Source: an uncultured Armatimonadia bacterium
Lineage (GTDB): Bacteria > Armatimonadota > Zipacnadia > CAVVLO01
Direction: 5' to 3'
Length of the DNA: 64,000 bases
NCBI GenBank assembly: GCA_963749155.1
Contig: CAVVLO010000002.1
Coordinates: 1,472,001 to 1,536,000, forward strand
Within the stretch, counting starts at the first letter, position 1; each line of letters opens with the position of its first letter. The translations under genes were made by a program, and so were the position numbers. Below, one piece after another: positions 20,983 to 31,963 of the stretch. Below the pieces are notes generated by a model, which had not been told where the DNA came from, ran no database searches, and was given only the letters and a program-made list of their open reading frames with translations.

Positions 20983-22044
20983 TTATTTAACTGTCGGGAC
21001 TTTCACCGCGAGTTCTTTCTTCTGCTCGGACGAGGTGTAGATCCCATCGAGGATGGTCTGCACCACGAGGGCCTGCTCGCCGGGCGAGGGATTCGGCTTG
21101 CCGGTGCGGACCGATTCGCAGAAAGCCTTCGTCTGCTCGAAGAAGTTATCCACCTGGGGCAGTGAGTCGGGCTTGAGGGTGGTGGTGGACATAAACTTAG
21201 TGCCAAGCACCTCGCAGGGATTCCACCGGGCGCCGCCCTTGGTGCCGTAAAGCTCGGAGTTCATCTGCTCGTTGCCCAGGTTGGCCGCCCAGCTCGCGCG
21301 CAGCACCAGGCTTGCGCCGTTGTCGAACCGCACGAGCGCCGCAGCATAATCTTCAACATCGTACTTCTTGGGATCCCAGCCGCCCCAACCGGGCACGTCG
21401 GGCTTCTTGGTGCCAATTTCGGCATAGGTGACGCCGGAGACGGTGACAGGCTTCGGGAAACCCATAAAATGCAGGGTCAGGTCGAGCATATGCACGCCGA
21501 TATCGATGATGGGGCCGCCGCCGGACTCGGCTTTGATGTAGAAAACGCCCCAGCCGGGGATGCCGCGCCTGCGCAGCGCCAGCACATTGGCGTGGTAGAT
21601 ATCGCCAAGCAGCCCTTCATCCACGGCCTGCTTTATGAACTGCGAGGCCGCCGCATACCGGTTTACCATTCCGACCATAAGCTGCTTGTCGTTCTTCTTT
21701 GCGGCTTTGACCATTGCGGTAGCTTCGTCCACGTTCATCGCGATGGGCTTCTCGCAGAGCACGTTGATGCCGGCGTTCAGCGCGGCGATGGTGACGGGCG
21801 CATGATACCGATTCTGGGTGCAGACGCTGACGCCGTCCAGTTCCTCTGACTTGAACATCTCGTTGTAATCAGAGTAGACCTTCGGGACGCAGAACTTTTC
21901 GGCGACTTCTTTGGCGCGAGCTTCGTTCACATCGCAGACGGCGGTCATCTTGACGCCCTCTACTTTGGCGTAAGCGGGCATATGGGCGCCAGAGCCGATG
22001 CCCCCAGTGCCAACAATTCCGATCTTGAGTGTCTTCTTGGCCAA
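20983..22044 (-). CDS. Gfo/Idh/MocA family oxidoreductase
   Basis: IGIVGTGGIG, VLCEKP, GGGPIIDIGVHMLD. Confidence 0.93.
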   Translation of the reverse strand: MAKKTLKIGIVGTGGIGSGAHMPAYAKVEGVKMTAVCDVNEARAKEVAEKFCVPKVYSDYNEMFKSEELDGVSVCTQNRYHAPVTIAALNAGINVLCEKPIAMNVDEATAMVKAAKKNDKQLMVGMVNRYAAASQFIKQAVDEGLLGDIYHANVLALRRRGIPGWGVFYIKAESGGGPIIDIGVHMLDLTLHFMGFPKPVTVSGVTYAEIGTKKPDVPGWGGWDPKKYDVEDYAAALVRFDNGASLVLRASWAANLGNEQMNSELYGTKGGARWNPCEVLGTKFMSTTTLKPDSLPQVDNFFEQTKAFCESVRTGKPNPSPGEQALVVQTILDGIYTSSEQKKELAVKVPTVK

Positions 22045-22258
22045 ACCTCTCACCTCTTGGTGTATTAGGATCGCTTTCCCGTTTGTACACTCTTCTGGCA
22101 GGATGTCAACCCCAACTAGAAGTGAGGCGGGGAAGGAGAGTTATTGTTTATGGCGTATCTAGCCCAGGCCTTCTCTCTTGCTTTGGGAAGACGGCAGGCT
22201 CATTCTCAACAGATACCCGGCTAGTCCGCCGGGAGCCACCTACCAGGAGGACGTCAGA

Positions 22259-23032
22259 ATGAAGATTGGTGTAGCAGGCTGGAGTATCCATCGCAGGTTT
22301 TTCAACAAGGAAGTCGCGCTGCTCGATTATCCGGCGCTGTGCAAGGAAGAATTTGGAGTAAGCGGTGTAGAACTCAACTCGCCCTTCTTCGAGAGTACCG
22401 AGGACGATTATCTGGATCAGCTTATGGCCAATGCAGACAAGGCCGGCGTAAAACTCATACATATCTCGGTGGATGCGCCAGGCAACCTGGCCTCGCTCGA
22501 TGAGGAAGAGCGCCAGGCCACCGTGGCCGAGCATCTCAAGTGGGGACGCATCGCAGGCAAACTCGGTTGCATCAGTTACCGCGCCAACACCGGAGGTTCG
22601 GCTGAAGCGCCTGACGATGAGATGGCCGCCTGCATCAAGAGCTGGACCGAACTGTGCGCTGATGCCGCTCCGCGCGGGGTAAAAGTCATTATCGAGAACC
22701 ATGGCGGCATCGCCAAATATCCCGATCCCATAATCCGCCTGATCGAAGCCGCGGGCCGCGACAGGGCCGGCGCCTGCCCCGACTTCGGCAACTGGACCGA
22801 GGATGTGCGGTACGAAGCGACCGCCAAGATGGCCCCGTATGCAGTTGTGATGCACGCCAAGTTCCACGATTTCGACGAGCAGGGCAACCATCCGGCCTGG
22901 GATATCGCCAGGTGCGTCCAGCTTTGCAAGGACGGCGGCTTCGATGGCTGGTATCTGATCGAGTTCGAGGGGCAGAAGGACGACCACGAGGGCGTTCTCA
23001 GGGCAATCGAGCTGCTCAAGGCGCTTGCCTGA
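22259..23032 (+). CDS. sugar phosphate isomerase/epimerase (xylose isomerase-like TIM barrel)
   Basis: GVEL, IENHGG, CPDFGNW, HAK, IEFEG; AGGAGG RBS. Confidence 0.88.
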   Translation: MKIGVAGWSIHRRFFNKEVALLDYPALCKEEFGVSGVELNSPFFESTEDDYLDQLMANADKAGVKLIHISVDAPGNLASLDEEERQATVAEHLKWGRIAGKLGCISYRANTGGSAEAPDDEMAACIKSWTELCADAAPRGVKVIIENHGGIAKYPDPIIRLIEAAGRDRAGACPDFGNWTEDVRYEATAKMAPYAVVMHAKFHDFDEQGNHPAWDIARCVQLCKDGGFDGWYLIEFEGQKDDHEGVLRAIELLKALA

Positions 23033-23044
23033 TAGTCAATATAA

Positions 23045-23072
23045 AGGGGCGCTCCTGTCCTGGGGCGCCCCT
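23045..23072 (+). terminator. GC-rich hairpin after the TIM-barrel gene
   Basis: aggggcgctcc-tgtcct-ggggcgcccct; no U-tract. Confidence 0.4.
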
Positions 23073-23136
23073 GAAAGCTTGAGTCGCGCCTCATCGCCCC
23101 CTATACTGGGAGGTGACACTCTCAGGGAGCCAGCCA

Positions 23137-25615
23137 ATGAGCTTCAGTTTCGACAGTTTCCTCGCGTACATCACCAATTCGGACTTCTACAAGGGCCAAC
23201 TGGTCCATGTAGAGGAGTCACCTGCGCGGCGCGCGAGATACGGCAAGCTGGGGGTTGCCTTGCCCGAGGCGCTCGAAAAAGCCCTCGAGTCGGCAGGTAT
23301 CAAGAAGCTCTACCTCCATCAGACCGAGGCCATCGAAGCCCTCGCGGCAGGACAGAATGTCACCATCGTTACCGGCACAGCCAGCGGTAAGACTCTCTGT
23401 TACAACATCCCGGTGCTTTCCAGCCTGATAGAAGACTTCACCTCCCGCGCGCTATATCTCTATCCGACGAAAGCGCTGGCTCAGGATCAGCTAAAAGGCT
23501 TGCAGCGACTGCTGGACCTGCTGCCCGGGGTGAACGCTCTGGCCGGCACTTATGATGGAGATACCCCGCAGGACGCCCGCCAGAAGCTGCGCGACAGCGG
23601 AAGCCTGGTGCTGACCAATCCTGATATGCTGCACTCGGGCATACTGCCCAACCACGCGCGCTGGGCGAGATTCTTCGGCAAGCTCAAATACATCGTGATT
23701 GATGAGATCCACAGCTACCGGGGAGTCTTCGGCAGCAACGTGGCCGAGGTTTTCAGGCGGCTCAACCGGATTTGCGAGCGTTATGGCACCAATCCCCAAT
23801 ATGTGTGCTGTTCGGCGACCATCCGCAATCCAGGCGAACTGGCCGAGCAGCTTACCGAACGGGCTATGACCGTTGTGGACGAGGATGGCGCGCCGAAAGG
23901 GCCGCGCAAGTTCGTCTTCTGGAATCCACCTTTCGTCGAGACCGAGCCAGGCCTGCAGGCGCAGTCCCAACACCGAAGCCCAGTTTCTGATGGTCGAACT
24001 CATCAAGCAGCGGATCCCGACCATCTGTTTCGTCCCAACGCGGTCGGGTACCGAACTGGTTTTCCGTTATGTGCAGGATGAGCTGCAAAAAGAATCGCCG
24101 CGACTTGCCAAAATGGTCTGTACCTATCGCGGAGGCTATCTGCCCTCCGAACGCAGGGAGCTGGAACGCAAACTATTTGCGGGCGAGATGCTCGGGGTCG
24201 TCAGCACCAATGCGCTGGAGCTTGGGATAGACATCGGCGCGCTGCAAGCCTGTATCATCGCGGGCTTCCCAGGCACCATCAACTCGACCTTGCAGCAGGC
24301 AGGGCGGGCTGGACGCGGCAAAGACGAGGCATTGGTGGCTCTGATAGCGCGCAACACGCCTATAGATCAATATATAATGCATCATCCTGAATATTTCCTC
24401 GGCCGCACCCCCGAGAGCGCCATCATAGACCCCGAAAATCCATATATCCTCTCCGGTCATCTGCCCTGCGCCGCTCGAGAACTGCCCCTGACCGAGGGAG
24501 AAGCTCAGAGTCGGTTTGGCAAGTATGCGCCGGGCGTGCTGGATTTGCTGGCGGAAGGGAATCAGCTGCGCTTCCTCAGCGGGCAGTGGTATTACGGCAA
24601 GGGAGGCTTTCCCGCCGCCAAGGTTAGCTTGCGCAATATCACCGCGGGCAACTACACCATCGTCGACACGAGCAGTGGTCGCAACTTCGTCATCGGCGAG
24701 CAGGATGAGATCTCGGCTTTCTATCAGTTGCACACCGAGGCGGTTTATCTCCACCTCGGCGAGACCTATTTCGTGAAGAAACTTGATTTGGAGAAGCGCC
24801 AGTCCTTCGTCGTGAAGGAGGATGTCGACTACTACACCCAGGCGGTGGACGACACCTCGATAGTGGTCAGGGAGACCGAACTCACCAAACCTCTGCAGGC
24901 AGGCAAAAGTTAGACTTCGGCCCCGTTGACGTTACGACTACGGTGTTTATGTTCCGCAAGATAAAGTTTGGCAGCTTCGACAGCATCGGATTTCGGCAAC
25001 CTGGATCTGCCACCGCGCACACTCGGCACGATGGCGATGTGGCTGGTGCCGCCAAGAGAAACCCTCACACGCGTGCAATCGTATAACCGGGTGCCTGGAG
25101 ATGGCCTGCTGGGCATCAGCAACGTGCTGGGAGCAGTGCTGCCCATCTTCACAATGTGCGACCCGCGCGATGTCGGCACCACGGTGGATGTGACCAACAC
25201 GCCACTGCCCGCCATCTACGTTTATGACAAGGTGGAAGGGGGCGTCGGCTACGCGGAGCGAGGCTATGAGGTCGTCGAAGACATTTTGCAAGCGGCGCTC
25301 GTGCTGGTGAACGATTGCCCCTGCTCCCGAGGGTGTCCCTCCTGCGTCGGCGCGCCCATCCCGCCCTGGGCCTTCGATGAGCGAGGCATAAGCTCGCGCG
25401 GGTTCCTGCCCGACAAGGAGGCCGCCAAGGTCATCCTGCATGACCTCTTGGGGCTGGAGCCTTATGTCCCACCTCCGCTTACTCAGGAGGAGGAGGACAT
25501 CCGCCAGGGCCGCGTAATCGAAGAGACCGACGACAAGCAACGCGCGACCGACCGGATGCTGCCGGAGGGCGTGGAGAAGCGGCTTCGCGACCGCTTGAGG
25601 AAGCACAAGAGCTAG
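23137..25615 (+). CDS. DEAD/DEAH-box helicase with DUF1998 (MrfA/SftH/Hrq1-like); apparent frameshifts near 23955, 24905 and 24990
   Basis: TASGKT, YPTKALAQDQ, TNPDMLH, DEIH, SAT, ALELGIDIG, QQAGRAGR, YD...GG.G, CPCSRGCPSC across successive frames. Confidence 0.88.
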
Positions 25616-25630
25616 GGGGAGAGCAGCCCG

Positions 25631-26161
25631 ATGCCTTACGACAACTATGAAGGTCCCACCAACGAAGTCGGTCTGCGCCGAAGTGTAATGATTTTGGGCA
25701 AGCTGGCCCCTGTAGTTGGGCTGGCCGGTTATGCCGCAGTCATAATCATAATGCGGGTATCAGGCGCAAGCGTAATCGGGATGGAAGGCCTGAAAAGCTT
25801 TCCCTGGTTATTCCACGCCGGGGCAGGCGCGGTGGTACTGGCCGCACTCGTAGGCACGGTTATTCGGCGTATGCTTATCGCGAAAGCAGTAAATGCCCTG
25901 GTAGAGCCTGGAGGGTCCAGACGGTGTTTCTCCCTCCTGCAGGGAGCCTTGCTGGTAGAGCTTTTCGCAGTGGACTTCTGTGGCCTTATCGGCCTGCTGC
26001 TGTTCTTCCTGGCTGGGCTTGTGAAGGAGCCCCTTTACCTGATGGCAGGCGCGGGTGGGCTTTGGGTTTACTTCATAATGCAGCACCCCGAATATGAGGT
26101 TATCGCAAAACAGGCCCAGCAGATGGCCGACCTCGAGGAGAGCAATCGAGATGACAAGTAG
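25631..26161 (+). CDS. hypothetical membrane protein (about 4 TM)
   Basis: Hydrophobic ORF with RBS, in operon. Confidence 0.7.
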   Translation: MPYDNYEGPTNEVGLRRSVMILGKLAPVVGLAGYAAVIIIMRVSGASVIGMEGLKSFPWLFHAGAGAVVLAALVGTVIRRMLIAKAVNALVEPGGSRRCFSLLQGALLVELFAVDFCGLIGLLLFFLAGLVKEPLYLMAGAGGLWVYFIMQHPEYEVIAKQAQQMADLEESNRDDK

Positions 26162-27144
26162 AGAACGCGTAAAGCGCGCCATCGCCTTTGAAGGGCCAGA
26201 CCGGGTGCCGGTTGTTTTCCACTGCTTTGGCGAGAGCGACATCGAGGGTATGGGGCCAGGCGGAGAGGCAAGTCCCAAACACGCCGGAGAAGGCCTCGAC
26301 GAGTTCGGTTGCCGGTGGGACAAAGTGGATGAAGACAAGACTGGTATCCGCAATATGGGCCAGGTCAAAGGCCATCCCATAAAGACGCGCGATGATTTGT
26401 TGAATTATGAATGGCCTGACTACACACGGCCCGAGCGGATGGCGCATATACCCGAGCAGCTTGCAGCCTTTGAGGCGCAGGAGAAATATGTCTTCTTTGG
26501 CCTGGGCAACACCTTGCTCGAACGCGCCTGGATGATGCGCGGCATGGAAGAGCTGTTTCTGGATATGATTGAAGACCCAACCTGGGCGCACGAGCTGCTT
26601 GGGGGCATCTTCAAGTCGCGCTGGGACGCTCTAAATCAGCTTGCTCCTTATGCGGGGCGCATCGACGCCATCTACTGGGGCGATGACTGGGGCACGCAGA
26701 ACGCGTTGCTCATCTCGCTGCCAATGTTCAGAGAGTTCTACAAGCCACTTTATGCCAAACTCTTCGCCCGGGCGCAGGAATTTGGGATGGCCAATGTGCT
26801 GCACTCTTGCGGGCAGATCACCGAGGCTATTGATGACTTCCTCGAGATAGGCCTTCACGTGGTGGATATGGAGCAACCGAAGGCCACCGGGCATAGATAT
26901 GCTCTCGAATCGCTTCCAGGGGCGCATCTGCTTCTTCTGTCCGGTTGATATCCAGCGCACCTTGCCTTATGGCACAAAGGAAGAGATAGAGGCCGAGGCG
27001 AGGGAGCTTATCGAGAAACTCGGTACGCCGAAGGGCGGTTTTATCGCCTCTGATTATGCAAATCATCCCGCAATTGGGGTGCCGGACGAGAAAGTTTTCT
27101 GGTCTTATGAAGCCTTTAAACGCTATGGAGTGTATAAAGCTTAG
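26151..27144 (+). CDS. uroporphyrinogen decarboxylase/MtaA-CmuA family protein; frameshift near 26890
   Basis: MTSRERV..A..F..PDRVP, DEFGC.W, RGME, GDDWG.Q, HSCG, VDIQ..LP.GT, GGFI. Confidence 0.85.
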
Positions 27145-27237
27145 GGTAAAGAGGGCTTGTTTCCTTGACAAAGGGCTTCCGGGGCGCGAAAATGGGAAGG
27201 TGCCCCTTGAGGGCGTGAGCGCCAGTACTCACAAAGG

Positions 27238-27483
27238 GTGATTAATGTGGCTAACATCGACGTGCAAGACAACCAGGAAAAAGGCGGCTGTGGCGGCTTC
27301 ATCAAAACGATGGCAGTTGGTTGCCTGGGCTGGATTCTGGTCTTCTTCATCCTCGGACTGGTAGGCGCCGGTGTGGCTTACGTTCAGGACAAGAAGTTCC
27401 AGGCCGAACTCGAGCGCGAACAGAAAGAACTCGAAGCGCAACGCGCCGCTGAAGAGACAAGCGAAGAAAAGCCGGAAGGCTAA
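27238..27483 (+). CDS. small single-pass membrane protein with coiled-coil tail
   Basis: One TM segment and an acidic tail; TTGACA-17-GAAAAT upstream. Confidence 0.6.
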   Translation: MINVANIDVQDNQEKGGCGGFIKTMAVGCLGWILVFFILGLVGAGVAYVQDKKFQAELEREQKELEAQRAAEETSEEKPEG

Positions 27484-27504
27484 CGAGCTTCGTACTGCTC
27501 CAAA

Positions 27505-28287
27505 TTAACCTGAGGGGCTGACTCCGGTCGGTCCCTCTTTGCTTGCCTGGGCGGGATAGGCTCCACGAGAGGCCCAGACTCTGATCTTGATGAGGTCGCG
27601 AAGCATCCGCAGCACGTCCAGCACCGGCCTGACCTTGCCCCCTGGCTCGTAGAACCAGTCCACGCGCACCTCGGCCAGGTTATACCCGAGGCGCCTTGCG
27701 ACATAGAGGATCTCGACTTCCGAGGCATAGCCTCTGATGCGCTGGGCCGCGTATACCTGCAGAGCCACCTCCTTGCGGAAGAGCTTGAAGCCGGTCTGGG
27801 TATCGTGGACGCCAGGCAGCAGCAGGGCTCTTACCAGCAGATTGAATATCCGGCCTCTGAACCGGCGGAAGGCCGGCTCTCCCAGGCGCCTTCTCCAGCC
27901 CAGCACCACAGGCGCGCCTTGCTGGGCCGGCCCCATCAGCTTGGGAAGCTCCGAAAGGGGCATCGAGAGGTCCGCATCACAGAGGAAAACATACTGGCCC
28001 TGGGCCGCTTCGATTCCGCCCTTTAGGGCGCTGCCCTTACCCCCGTGCGGCAGAGCCAGCACGCGCAGCGAAGGGATGCGGTCTTTGAACGCCTCGGCCG
28101 CCTGGCGAGTGGCATCGGTAGAGCCATCATCGGCAACGACGACTTCAGTGGCACATTCAAGCCCTGGCAGGCCCTCGGCCAGCTTGGCAAGGGTCGCCGG
28201 CAGGCGCTGCTCCTCGTTGTAGCAGGGGATAACCAGACTCAGCAGGGGAGAGGTTTCCACTTTAGCTGGAGACCTGCCCTTCGGCAT
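27505..28287 (-). CDS. GT2 polyprenol-phosphate glycosyltransferase (DPG synthase-like)
   Basis: VIPCYNEE, DDGSTD, GKG.A, DADLS, DTQTGFKLF. Confidence 0.9.
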   Translation of the reverse strand: MPKGRSPAKVETSPLLSLVIPCYNEEQRLPATLAKLAEGLPGLECATEVVVADDGSTDATRQAAEAFKDRIPSLRVLALPHGGKGSALKGGIEAAQGQYVFLCDADLSMPLSELPKLMGPAQQGAPVVLGWRRRLGEPAFRRFRGRIFNLLVRALLLPGVHDTQTGFKLFRKEVALQVYAAQRIRGYASEVEILYVARRLGYNLAEVRVDWFYEPGGKVRPVLDVLRMLRDLIKIRVWASRGAYPAQASKEGPTGVSPSG

Positions 28288-30544
28288 ACTTAATCATCAG
28301 CGCGGCAGCCTCTTTGCCGGCTCCCATCGCGCTGATGACTGTCGCGGCGCCGGAAACGATATCTCCCCCGGCGAAAACTCCCGGCACCGAGGTCATCATA
28401 GTGACCTCGTCCACCCAAAGACCACCCCAGTCGTTCAGCTTCAGCCCCTCGGTCACGTCAGCAAGCAAAGGACTTGGCACCTGGCCGATGGCAACGACAA
28501 CGTTGTCCACCTCCTGGCGGAACTCCGAGCCTGGCAGTGGCACAGGCCGGCGGCGGCCGGAAGCGTCAGGCTCACCCAGCTCCATCCGCTGGATGAGAGC
28601 CGCCTTTACATGGCCTTTGTCGTCCACTTCATAGGAGAGGGGCGCCTGCAGCAGTTGAAAGATAATACCTTCTTCCTCGGCGCGCTGGATTTCTTCAATC
28701 CTGGCGGGCATCTCATTGCGAGTCCGCCTGTAGATGATGCTGACCTGTTTTGCCCCAGCGCGCACCGAAGCTCGAGCGGCGTCCATCGCCACATTGCCCG
28801 CGCCTATGACTACGACCTTGTCTCCTAGCTCGACAGGGGTTGCGTAGAGGGGGAAAAGATAGGCTTTCATCAGGTTTATGCGCGTCAGCAGCTCGTTGGC
28901 GGAGTATATGCCATTGGCGTTTTCGCCCGGGATGTTCATAAAACTGGGCAGGCCCGCGCCCGCGCCAATGAAGGCCGCCTGGTAGCCTTGCTCGAAGAGT
29001 TGCGGCAGGGTAAGCGTGCGGCCAATAAGCACGTCAGTAGCGAGGGTTACGCCCAGGGCTTCGATGAAATGCGCCTCGTATTCGACAAGGCTCTTGGGCA
29101 GGCGGAACTCCGGGATGCCATACATCAGTACGCCCCCAGGTTTGTGGAGGCTCTCGAAGAGGGTTACCTCGCAGCCCACGCGCGCAAGTTCGCCCGCACA
29201 GGTAAGGCCCGCTGGTCCGGAGCCGATAATCGCCATCTTCAGCCCGCGCGGTTTCACATCGCGCAGAATCTCGGCGGCGACTTCTTCCTGGGTAAGATTT
29301 TCGCGTTCCCAGTCGGCAAGGAAGCGCTCCAGATAACCGATGCCTATAACATCGTCCATCCGGCCCCGGGTGCAGTGCTTCTGACATTGGTCTTCCTGGG
29401 GGCAGACACGCCCGCAGATGGCAGGCAGAGTGGTGGCTTGCTTGAGTATGCGCAGCCCCTCGCGGAAATCGCCCTCGACCATCGGCTTGATGAAGCCAGG
29501 TATGTCGATATGAACAGGACAATCTGCGATACAGGGCGCGTTTTTGCATTGAAGGCACCGAGCGGCCTCGACCCTGGCTTGTTCGGCAGAATAACCAAGT
29601 GGAACTTCGGAAAAATTATGGATGCGCTCTGCGACTGGTTGCTCGCGCATCGGCTGGCGGGTCTTGAGAGTTAGATCGACCTCTGCTGCGCCGGAGGTCA
29701 GGTTGCAGGCGTACTCGACAGGTTGCTCGGCTTCCGTAGGCGCTGTCTCGAGGTCGCGGTACATCCGCTGACGGGTGGAGAGTTCGTCCCAGTCCACCTC
29801 GTGAGCGTCGAAATCCGGCCCGTCCTTACAAGTGAAACGCGTCTTGCCAGCCACGGTCACCCGACAGGCGCCGCACATCCCGGTGCCGTCCACCATAATG
29901 GGATTGAGACTGGCGACGGTCTTGATACCGCGTTCGGCGGTTACTCTGGACAGCGCGCGCATCATCGGGGTCGGGCCGATTACAAAGACAAAATCTATTG
30001 CGCGCCCTTCGTCCAGCAGCTTGATCAGCGCATCGGAAACAAAGCCTTTCATCCCGCGAGAACCATCGTCCGTGCAGATAACCAGTTCCTGGCAAGCCTG
30101 GGCCATCCGTTCTTCATAGATAAGCAGATCGGCCGTGCGGGCGCCAATGATGCCTATAACGTGGTTGCCGGCGGCTCGCATCGCGTTGGCAACGGGCAGC
30201 GCCGCGCCAATGCCGACGCCGCCACCGATGACCGCCACAGTGCCGAATTGCTTCACTTCGGTGGGATGTCCAAGTGGCCCAAGCACATTGGCAACCTGAT
30301 CGCCAGTTTTGAGGGTCGCCAGCTGGTTGGTCGTGCGACCCGCCGCAAGGAAGACCAACTCTACCAGGCCAGTCTCAGGATAGGTCTCGACGATGGTGAG
30401 AGGTATACGTTCGCCGACTTCATCCACCCGAAGCACGACGAACTGCCCGGCCTTCCCGCTTTGGGCGATCAGGGGGGCATCAACCATCAAGACATAATTG
30501 CGTTCGCCAATCTGAGTTTTCTCGATGATATCGTACAAAGCCAT
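28262..30544 (-). CDS. nfnAB: fused NfnA-NfnB (SudB-SudA type) NADH-dependent reduced ferredoxin:NADP oxidoreductase
   Basis: N-terminal GQFV..R..ERIPLT, MVDGTGMCGACR, DGPDF; C-terminal RCLQC..PC..CP, CGRVCPQE.QC, YGIPEFRLPK, AGGDIVSGAATVI. Confidence 0.9.
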   Translation of the reverse strand: MALYDIIEKTQIGERNYVLMVDAPLIAQSGKAGQFVVLRVDEVGERIPLTIVETYPETGLVELVFLAAGRTTNQLATLKTGDQVANVLGPLGHPTEVKQFGTVAVIGGGVGIGAALPVANAMRAAGNHVIGIIGARTADLLIYEERMAQACQELVICTDDGSRGMKGFVSDALIKLLDEGRAIDFVFVIGPTPMMRALSRVTAERGIKTVASLNPIMVDGTGMCGACRVTVAGKTRFTCKDGPDFDAHEVDWDELSTRQRMYRDLETAPTEAEQPVEYACNLTSGAAEVDLTLKTRQPMREQPVAERIHNFSEVPLGYSAEQARVEAARCLQCKNAPCIADCPVHIDIPGFIKPMVEGDFREGLRILKQATTLPAICGRVCPQEDQCQKHCTRGRMDDVIGIGYLERFLADWERENLTQEEVAAEILRDVKPRGLKMAIIGSGPAGLTCAGELARVGCEVTLFESLHKPGGVLMYGIPEFRLPKSLVEYEAHFIEALGVTLATDVLIGRTLTLPQLFEQGYQAAFIGAGAGLPSFMNIPGENANGIYSANELLTRINLMKAYLFPLYATPVELGDKVVVIGAGNVAMDAARASVRAGAKQVSIIYRRTRNEMPARIEEIQRAEEEGIIFQLLQAPLSYEVDDKGHVKAALIQRMELGEPDASGRRRPVPLPGSEFRQEVDNVVVAIGQVPSPLLADVTEGLKLNDWGGLWVDEVTMMTSVPGVFAGGDIVSGAATVISAMGAGKEAAALMIKYAEGQVSS

Positions 30545-30643
30545 CCACTTCCCATTTCAGTGCTTAAGGCCAAGGGTACAGAAGAAGAGGGGCCTAGTAC
30601 AAGTAAACTTGTCCTGCCCGCTATGCGCGCCTATACTGAGGGC

Positions 30644-31963
30644 GTGTATAAGACCACTTCGCTGATTCTCGTTTTCGTCCTGCTTCTAGCCTGGCTGGAA
30701 GGCGCTCTGGCCGCGCCCAGAGTGGTGGCAGTAAGGCGCCCCGACGCCACTTGGTTGCAGCTTGTGCTGTCCGAAGCGCCCGGTCCAGAGACTCGTTATC
30801 GCTATGCCGGGGCTGACTGGATGCCCGCGCCCACCTCGCGTCCGGCTTCCGAGGTACCCTTGCAGGTGCTGGTGGCAGTGGATAGCACCGGCACTATGGA
30901 CGCTCGCTGGGAAGAACTGGTGCGAGGACTGGAAGGCTTTTTTGCCCTGCTGGACCAGACTGGCCGCCGGTATGAAACACGCGGAGTAATGTTTTCCGAT
31001 TCAGTTGGGCCTGCCTTTGGCGATGAGGGAGGTAGCTCCAAAGCGGTGCTGGCAGGGCTTGCTGGTTATCTTGCGGGGGGCGGCTTTGATGAGCCCGAGT
31101 CCAGCCTGGATGCGGCCTTGTGGCTCGCTGCCGAGCCGGCTTCGACTGGCGCAAGGCGGATGCTTTTGCTTTTCACCGATGCGCCCTTCCACTTCAGGGG
31201 CGATGGAACTCTGTTCAGCCAGACCACGTTGACCACGAGTCAGGCCCTCCTCCAGGCTGAAGGGGTGTCGGTTTTCTGCTGGGCGCCCGCGGGCAAGGGT
31301 TATGAGCAGCTTGCCAAGGCGACGGGTGGCGCCTGGTTCGACTGCGAGAAGTCCTATTTTGGCCCGTTGCTCGAGCAAGTTGCAGGCAGGCTGGCAAGAG
31401 AATACCTGCTTGAGCTTCAAGCGCCAACCGAGGCGGTTTTTGCGCCATCGATACGCGTCAGGCTGGACCTGGCTCCAGGCGACGAGGCTCTGGATGCGCC
31501 CTGGTGGCCTCAGGTGGGATTACTGCCAGAGGAAGTCGTGTTGACTTGCGCGGCGCCCGCAGGCGAAAGCGAGGCTCTCGCCTCTGCAAGAGCGCGCGGG
31601 TTGCTCTTTCAGGGCCTGGGGCGGGTGCTCTGGGCGGGAGGCAAGCCACTTGCTCACTGGGCTGGCGAGTTTCCCCAGTCGACTTTCGCGTTGAAGCAGG
31701 CGCTGGAGGCCAGGATGGAAGTGGACCCTGATGCTTCCAGGCAAGGCCTGACCTTTAGTGCAAGAATCAATAAGCAGGAGGCGGCCAGCCTGATGCTGGC
31801 CTGGCTCGAGCGCCACCTGCTGGTGGCGCCGCGGGCCGTCGAGTGGGGCTTCTCCGCCTTGCCGCAAGGGCAAGGCCTGACTAAAATAGGAGAAACCGAA
31901 TTAGCTATTAGCGCCCCGCAAGCACTGGGGGCTTCTGATATAGAGGGGCAAACTGATGAATAA
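30644..31963 (+). CDS. secreted von Willebrand factor A domain protein
   Basis: Signal peptide, MIDAS-like DSTGTM, GG.DEPE, LLFTDAPFH, LA.ATGG. Confidence 0.75.
   Translation: MYKTTSLILVFVLLLAWLEGALAAPRVVAVRRPDATWLQLVLSEAPGPETRYRYAGADWMPAPTSRPASEVPLQVLVAVDSTGTMDARWEELVRGLEGFFALLDQTGRRYETRGVMFSDSVGPAFGDEGGSSKAVLAGLAGYLAGGGFDEPESSLDAALWLAAEPASTGARRMLLLFTDAPFHFRGDGTLFSQTTLTTSQALLQAEGVSVFCWAPAGKGYEQLAKATGGAWFDCEKSYFGPLLEQVAGRLAREYLLELQAPTEAVFAPSIRVRLDLAPGDEALDAPWWPQVGLLPEEVVLTCAAPAGESEALASARARGLLFQGLGRVLWAGGKPLAHWAGEFPQSTFALKQALEARMEVDPDASRQGLTFSARINKQEAASLMLAWLERHLLVAPRAVEWGFSALPQGQGLTKIGETELAISAPQALGASDIEGQTDE

Noticed and set aside
29723..30643. 5' half of the 746-aa plus-strand ORF
   Set aside because: Antisense shadow of nfnAB; the real vWA gene begins near 30644 with a signal peptide
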